From positions 736,001-800,000 of the forward strand of contig CAVUDW010000003.1 of NCBI GenBank assembly GCA_963740355.1: a DNA stretch of 64,000 bases, in the 5' to 3' direction. The notes under the pieces are model-generated. The model did not search any database, was not told where the DNA came from, and was given only the letters and a program-made list of their open reading frames with translations. A program made the translations under genes and the position numbers. Source of the stretch: an uncultured Gemmatimonadaceae bacterium. GTDB lineage: Bacteria > Gemmatimonadota > Gemmatimonadetes > Gemmatimonadales > Gemmatimonadaceae. Below are positions 58,831-64,000 of this stretch, in pieces. Numbering within the stretch: position 1 is the stretch's first letter; each line of letters starts with the position of its first letter.

Positions 58831-59217
58831 TCAGACCGACTGCACGCGCTTGCCCAACGGTGCGAACGACACCGCCGCGAGGCGGAAGTGCGCAAAACCG
58901 AAAGGAATACCGAAGATCGTGACGCAGTACGCGATGCCGGCCAGCACGTGCGAAATCCAGAGCCAGATGCCGGCGAAAATCACCCACAACACGTTGGCCA
59001 GCTCGGTGCCCGCAATCTGGCTTCCGCCGAGGTCGCGCACATCCACCAGTGTCCGACCGAAGGGCCAGGCGGCAAAACCGGCAATGCGGAACGCCGCAAC
59101 CGCGAATGGCAGGCCGACGACGGTGATCGCCAGCAGGCACCCCAGAAACATCCAGGCGAGACCGGCGAAGAACCCACCGCCGATGACGAACCAGAGGAGA
59201 TTGAGGATCAGGGTCAT
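58831..59217 (-). CDS. YccF domain inner-membrane protein
   Basis: LNLLWFVIGG, ITVVGLPFA, WPFG, TIFGIPFG.AH..LA..S.APLGK. Confidence 0.9.
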   Translation of the reverse strand: MTLILNLLWFVIGGGFFAGLAWMFLGCLLAITVVGLPFAVAAFRIAGFAAWPFGRTLVDVRDLGGSQIAGTELANVLWVIFAGIWLWISHVLAGIAYCVTIFGIPFGFAHFRLAAVSFAPLGKRVQSV

Positions 59218-59363
59218 GTCGAGGTCGAGGTGTTGCGAGAAGTCAGCGTGCGAGGTCCAGCTGTCTTCATCGTACGCACGTACGCCCCGTTTGATTCACC
59301 CGGCCCGCTAGGCGCACGCCTGCGGCGTTCGCCACTGGAACCAGTTCGCGAAGACTGGCGCGC

Positions 59364-60338
59364 CTACTTCGTCCAGATCCCGATCGTGCCGCAGGGGTTC
59401 GAAACCCCCATCGTAAGATCGGCCGGCACGCCGGCAATGCCGTTGTAGACCTCGATGCCCGCCAGATCGAGCGTGTTCACCATGTCGTCCAGCGCCATGC
59501 CACTGAGCTGCGGCGCAGGAAATCCGTTGATGAAGAGTCCCATCACGCAGCCGCCGCGACCGATGATCATGCTCGATCCGTTCGCGTCCCGACGCACCTG
59601 GACGCCGGCAATGCTGCGGAACAGGTCCGTCGGCTGCGCGGGATGCCGCTCGTAGATGGCCTTGTCGGTGAGGATGGTGCCCCAGCCCGACGGTCGCTCG
59701 GCGCGGCGGAGGAACGCGCGCATGCGCACCGGATACCGTGTGGCGCGCACAACGACGAGGCCAAGATTCTGGCCTGCAAACTGTCGCATCACGATCCGGG
59801 TACGGGTGGACGTGGTGTCACTGAGGTTGATGGTGAGAAACGTCGGTGAATAACCGACCTTTCGTGCCCGCACGAGATGCATGCGGGGCGGCAGGTTGCG
59901 GATGGTGAACCGACCAAGGGTGTCCGACTGGCTCTCGAGCAGCGCGGTCATGACCTCGATACTCGCTGCGCGTACAGGCCGGCCAGCGGAGTCGACGACC
60001 GTGCCATGCAGCGTCCGCGGATCGGTCTTGTCGAGCAACAGCTGTACCTCGACGTCTGGCGCGGTGTCAGCAGCCGACGTGACGTTCGCCTCGATTTCGC
60101 CGAGCAACAGGCCATCGCGTTCGAAACGAACGCGGATTCGACCGGCTGGCATCGGGGCAAGGCGAAAGTTGCCCGCCGAGTCTGACAACGTCTTCACGCG
60201 TCCGCTCGACACCTCGACGCGTGGAAGCGCGCGTCCGGTGGAGTCGCGAACGGTGCCACGCAGCTCGGGCATCGCCTGACCGGACAGCGCAGCGGCAAAG
60301 AGGGAGAGCAGGCCAAGGGCAACAAGGGCATTCCGCAT
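59364..60338 (-). CDS. Protein with two carboxypeptidase-regulatory-like domains and a plug-like C-terminus
   Basis: GTVRDSTGR.L repeated, ARKVGY, GIEVY...VP, CGTIGIWTK. Confidence 0.8.
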   Translation of the reverse strand: MRNALVALGLLSLFAAALSGQAMPELRGTVRDSTGRALPRVEVSSGRVKTLSDSAGNFRLAPMPAGRIRVRFERDGLLLGEIEANVTSAADTAPDVEVQLLLDKTDPRTLHGTVVDSAGRPVRAASIEVMTALLESQSDTLGRFTIRNLPPRMHLVRARKVGYSPTFLTINLSDTTSTRTRIVMRQFAGQNLGLVVVRATRYPVRMRAFLRRAERPSGWGTILTDKAIYERHPAQPTDLFRSIAGVQVRRDANGSSMIIGRGGCVMGLFINGFPAPQLSGMALDDMVNTLDLAGIEVYNGIAGVPADLTMGVSNPCGTIGIWTK

Positions 60339-60398
60339 CGATCCACTCCGAAACCGGCTGGTGACGCGGTAAAGCTAGCGGCCTGCGCGTCGGGCGGA

Positions 60399-61778
60399 TC
60401 AGTCGCCTCGCGGCGTGGCGTCGATGGCGCGATCCGTGCGCGTCTGGTTCGCCATCGGACGATGCGCAGCCCACCAGACGGCGATGCCGATCACCAGTGT
60501 GCTGAGTCCGGCCACCGATTCCAGCGGCCGCTCGGTCAGCAACGTGCCGAGCGCCCAGAGGCTGAGCGCGGTGTAGACGAGCGGCGTGAGCGGATACCCC
60601 CACGCCCGGTATGGTCGGTGTGTGCCGCGCATCGTCCACCGCAGCCGCACCATGCCCAGCACGGTGAGTAGCGACATCAGGTTGAGCGTGAAGCCGGTAT
60701 ACAGCATCACCTGCTCGAAGGAGTTGGTGAGCATCAGCGCCACGATCAACACCAGTTGGACGATGATGGCATTTCGCGGCACGCCGTTCTCGGCACGTGT
60801 GCCAAGGAATTTCCAGCGCGGCAGGTCCGCCGCAACTGCCTGTGTCACGCGCGAGCCGCCAAGCACCATCGCACTGATGGTCGCAACCAATACGGTCGCA
60901 ATCGTGGCACTCATCACCACCGATCCGGTGCGACCGAACATCGCCGCCGCTGACAATGCGCCAACTTCGACATGCCCTGATAACGTCGCGAGGGGCACGG
61001 TGCGGAGGAAACTCCAGTTGAGTCCAACGAACAAGGCCGTCACGAGGCCAGTGCCGAGCACCAGCGCTCGTGGGATGGTCCGTTGCGGCTCCGCGATCTC
61101 GCCGGCGATGTACCCTGCCGCATTCCAGCCGGTGAACGCGTACGACACGTACACCAGCGACACCGCGAATGGCGCCGACACGATCTCGCGCCAGGCAGCC
61201 ACGTCGAGCGACATCGATGTCGAGACTGGATTCCGGAACCGAAGTGCGGCCGCGATGAAGGCAAGGATCAACACCAGTTGTGTTGTCGTGATTGCGACCT
61301 GAAATCGCTTCGCCGCGTGCAAGCCAGCGAGGTGAACGACCGCCACCAGTCCCACCACCAACAGCGAAGCCGCCAACGATGGCAGGGGGACGATGGCCGA
61401 GACGTAGCGGCCAAAGGCTATGCCGGCGAGCGCTATCGGCGCTGCGAACCCGGCAGTCATGGAGACCCATCCACCGAGAAACCCTGCCATCGGATGCCAC
61501 GACCGTGCTAGATACACGTACTCGCCGCCGCAGTGCGGAAACATCGTTCCCAATTCGGCATAGGCGAGCGCACCACACAATGCGATGATGCCGCCGACCG
61601 CCCACAACGACAGCAGCGCGCCCCCCGTGTGCAGCACCGTGGCCTGGAATCCCAGTGCCGTGAAGACCCCGGTACCGATCATGTTGGCCACCAGCACCGA
61701 CGTCGACGCCGCGGTGCCGTAATGGCGCAACCGGTCATCCGACACAGCCATCGGGACCTCGGACTGCGGAGCGACCAT
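60399..61778 (-). CDS. APC family amino acid permease
   Basis: ANMIGTGVF, YAELG..P..GGEYVYL, YAFTGWN, RPYRAWGYP. Confidence 0.93.
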   Translation of the reverse strand: MVAPQSEVPMAVSDDRLRHYGTAASTSVLVANMIGTGVFTALGFQATVLHTGGALLSLWAVGGIIALCGALAYAELGTMFPHCGGEYVYLARSWHPMAGFLGGWVSMTAGFAAPIALAGIAFGRYVSAIVPLPSLAASLLVVGLVAVVHLAGLHAAKRFQVAITTTQLVLILAFIAAALRFRNPVSTSMSLDVAAWREIVSAPFAVSLVYVSYAFTGWNAAGYIAGEIAEPQRTIPRALVLGTGLVTALFVGLNWSFLRTVPLATLSGHVEVGALSAAAMFGRTGSVVMSATIATVLVATISAMVLGGSRVTQAVAADLPRWKFLGTRAENGVPRNAIIVQLVLIVALMLTNSFEQVMLYTGFTLNLMSLLTVLGMVRLRWTMRGTHRPYRAWGYPLTPLVYTALSLWALGTLLTERPLESVAGLSTLVIGIAVWWAAHRPMANQTRTDRAIDATPRGD

Positions 61779-61927
61779 GGTGGCTGGAGAGGGTCAGTGA
61801 AGACGCAAACCACGAGGTGGGTCAGACGCGTCGCAATAGCACTCCGTGCGACTCGTCACACTGCGGCCAGATACGACACGGGGCCCGGCGCGATGTCCGG
61901 ACCCCGAGTGGTACTTACGGCAGCCAG

Positions 61928-64000
61928 CTAGCGATTGAGCTGGATTTCCGAGCGCACGTAGAAGAAGCGCCCGTTGTAGCCGAACGGCGACGCACCAGGC
62001 CAGATGAAGGTGCCGTTGTTCGTGTTGGCAGACACCCGCGTCTGGTCGGGATAGACGTTGAAGAGGTTGCGTGCGCCAAGGGAGAGGTTGATGGCCTCGA
62101 AGCGGTATCCGATTTCGGTATCGAAGATGAACTTCTGGCCGAATGGCTCCAGCCCATCGAGACTGCCATCGATGAAGCGACCGTAGTCGGACACGCGACC
62201 AAGGGCATGCCAGCGACCGACGGAATAGTTGGTCGTGAACGAGGACCGGCGATCCGGGCGATTCTTCTCGATCGCATTGATCGTCACGATATCGAGCGCA
62301 CTGGTGTAGCTCGACCCCTTGCCCACGAGAATGGCCGGCAACCCGTCGATGCGCGTGATCTTGTTCTTGGTGTAATTCAGCGACAGGGTGAAATCGAGGT
62401 TGCCCCGCAGCGCCTGCATGCGATAGTTGCCGACGACGTCGATACCATCGGTCTTGGTGTCGAGGGCGTTGGTTGGGAACTGCACACCGGCGATGGTGGT
62501 GAGCCCAGAATCAGCGAGGATCTGCGCGATGACCGGGTCCGACGACCCATCGAACGTCGCGCCGAGCAGGATGCGATCGTTGATCTTGATGTGGTACACG
62601 TCGACGTTGAAGTTCAGGTTGTTCGTCGGCGAATACGCAAAGCCACCGCTGAGGTTGACCGAAGTCTCTTCCTTCAGCGGCTTGGCACCGAAGATCTTCG
62701 AGGCGCGATTGGTGACGGGGAAGTTGCCGATTTCAACCAGCACACCATTCTGGATCGCCGTGGTGGTGTGACTGTACCAGCTCTGCTGCAGGCCTGGCGC
62801 CCGGAAACCGGTGCTCGCCGCACCACGCAGGATGAACTTCTTGCTCGGCTCGTAGCGGATGGCGGCCTTACCGGTGACCGCACTGCCGAAGTCGCTGTAG
62901 TTCTCGAAGCGCGCGGCGCCGTTGATCAGCACCCGGTCGGTCAGGTTCGTCTCCAGATCGACGTAGCCACCGAAGTTCGTGCGATCATTCTTGCTGGCGT
63001 CTGTCGGCGCAAAGCCCTGGAACACCGACGACCCGCCCTGCGCCACACTGGAACTGTCGCGCGTGAGGTGGTAGCCGTTGATCCACGAGGCGCGTTCACC
63101 GGCGACCACTTCGTACTGCTCGCGACGGAATGCCGCACCGAATGCCACGTTCACGGGCTTCGGCATGCCAAGGTTGACCTGGTTCGAGAAGTTCAGGCCG
63201 ACGTTGAACTCACCGCGCTTGAGTGCGCCGGCATCGAACTGCGTCTGGTTCGGAATCCCTGGGTCGTCACTGGTGCCGAGGCGCCCATCAGGTCCCGGCG
63301 CAGTCGGCGTCGAGAGGCTCGGGCCGAGTGACGAGTTGAGCGTATTGCGCAGGTTGAACTGGAAGCTGTTGTAGCCGTAGTTGCTGGTGAGATCGGTGGC
63401 CCAGCCGCCGAGCATGGTGCGGATGCCGCCGGCCGCCGAGTAATCGATCACGCTCGGCCGGAATTCCGGGAGGAAGCCGAGTGGATAGATCTGTGGCCAG
63501 TTGCGCGAGTTCTGCGGCTTGCGGAAGAAGCCATTGCCGGTGCCATCACGATCGGAGTAGCCGCCGAACGCAAAGAACTCGGTGCTGCCCGATGCGTTGA
63601 GCGGGATGCGCAGATTGGCAAAGGTGTGAATGTCGCGTTCGATGCCGTCGCCCCAGTGCACGTTCGGCTGCGGCACACCGGTGCGCTTCTGGACCACGCG
63701 GCAATCCTGCACCACGTCGGAGACGCCATTGAGGTCGGGGAAGCTGCCGTCAGGGCAGGCGCGGTTGGTCGCATCGCGGTTCAGGTACTGCCCGAAGAGG
63801 CTGAGCGAGCCGCGACCGCCGAGCTTGAAGCCGACACCGCCGTTGACGTCCGTGGTGAGGCCATCGTTCTCATAGCCCTTGCCCGGGCGGTACTGTCCGA
63901 CGCTGGTGTTCACGAACGGGTTGAACTGTCCTTCCTTGAGCACGAGGTTCACCACGCCGGCGATGGCATCGGACCCGTACTGCGTGGATGCGCCATCGCG
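61928..64000 (-). CDS. TonB-dependent receptor (5' part outside window)
   Basis: RDGAS.QYGSDAIAGVVN plug motif at window edge, STGFRAP, GARNLFN.YP, C-terminal aromatic strand. Confidence 0.93.
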   Translation of the reverse strand, partial: RDGASTQYGSDAIAGVVNLVLKEGQFNPFVNTSVGQYRPGKGYENDGLTTDVNGGVGFKLGGRGSLSLFGQYLNRDATNRACPDGSFPDLNGVSDVVQDCRVVQKRTGVPQPNVHWGDGIERDIHTFANLRIPLNASGSTEFFAFGGYSDRDGTGNGFFRKPQNSRNWPQIYPLGFLPEFRPSVIDYSAAGGIRTMLGGWATDLTSNYGYNSFQFNLRNTLNSSLGPSLSTPTAPGPDGRLGTSDDPGIPNQTQFDAGALKRGEFNVGLNFSNQVNLGMPKPVNVAFGAAFRREQYEVVAGERASWINGYHLTRDSSSVAQGGSSVFQGFAPTDASKNDRTNFGGYVDLETNLTDRVLINGAARFENYSDFGSAVTGKAAIRYEPSKKFILRGAASTGFRAPGLQQSWYSHTTTAIQNGVLVEIGNFPVTNRASKIFGAKPLKEETSVNLSGGFAYSPTNNLNFNVDVYHIKINDRILLGATFDGSSDPVIAQILADSGLTTIAGVQFPTNALDTKTDGIDVVGNYRMQALRGNLDFTLSLNYTKNKITRIDGLPAILVGKGSSYTSALDIVTINAIEKNRPDRRSSFTTNYSVGRWHALGRVSDYGRFIDGSLDGLEPFGQKFIFDTEIGYRFEAINLSLGARNLFNVYPDQTRVSANTNNGTFIWPGASPFGYNGRFFYVRSEIQLNR

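Noticed and set aside
60067..63331. Long alternative-frame ORFs (512 aa at 60067-61605, 504 aa at 61817-63331)
   Set aside because: Overlap the well-supported APC permease and TonB receptor; no motifs of their own

Overview
GC-rich bacterial chromosomal window. The gene content (many signal-peptide hydrolases, carboxypeptidase-regulatory/plug proteins, DUF2911, TonB receptor) suggests Gemmatimonadota, which is an inference. It holds about 60 CDSs, mostly accessory: secreted peptidases, esterases and glycosidases, katG with a divergent OxyR-like regulator, an ECF sigma/zf-HC2 anti-sigma cluster, TetR and AraC regulators, and vapBC and hicAB TA pairs. I found no rRNA, tRNA, CRISPR-cas, integrase or transposase. 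Highlights: (1) a 350-bp composite array of two different palindromic units at 7077-7428; (2) three dispersed, signal-less toxin/effector-like enzymes (M35/aspzincin metalloprotease, YopT/C58 cysteine protease, CNF1-like deamidase); (3) an exactly duplicated bipartite promoter that defines a likely ECF regulon; (4) paired palindromes over a consensus sigma70 promoter upstream of a GIY-YIG/DUF2239 operon; (5) a Tat FAD oxidase + cytochrome c + exported RidA module; (6) two disrupted genes. Family assignments come from motif recognition, not database searches.
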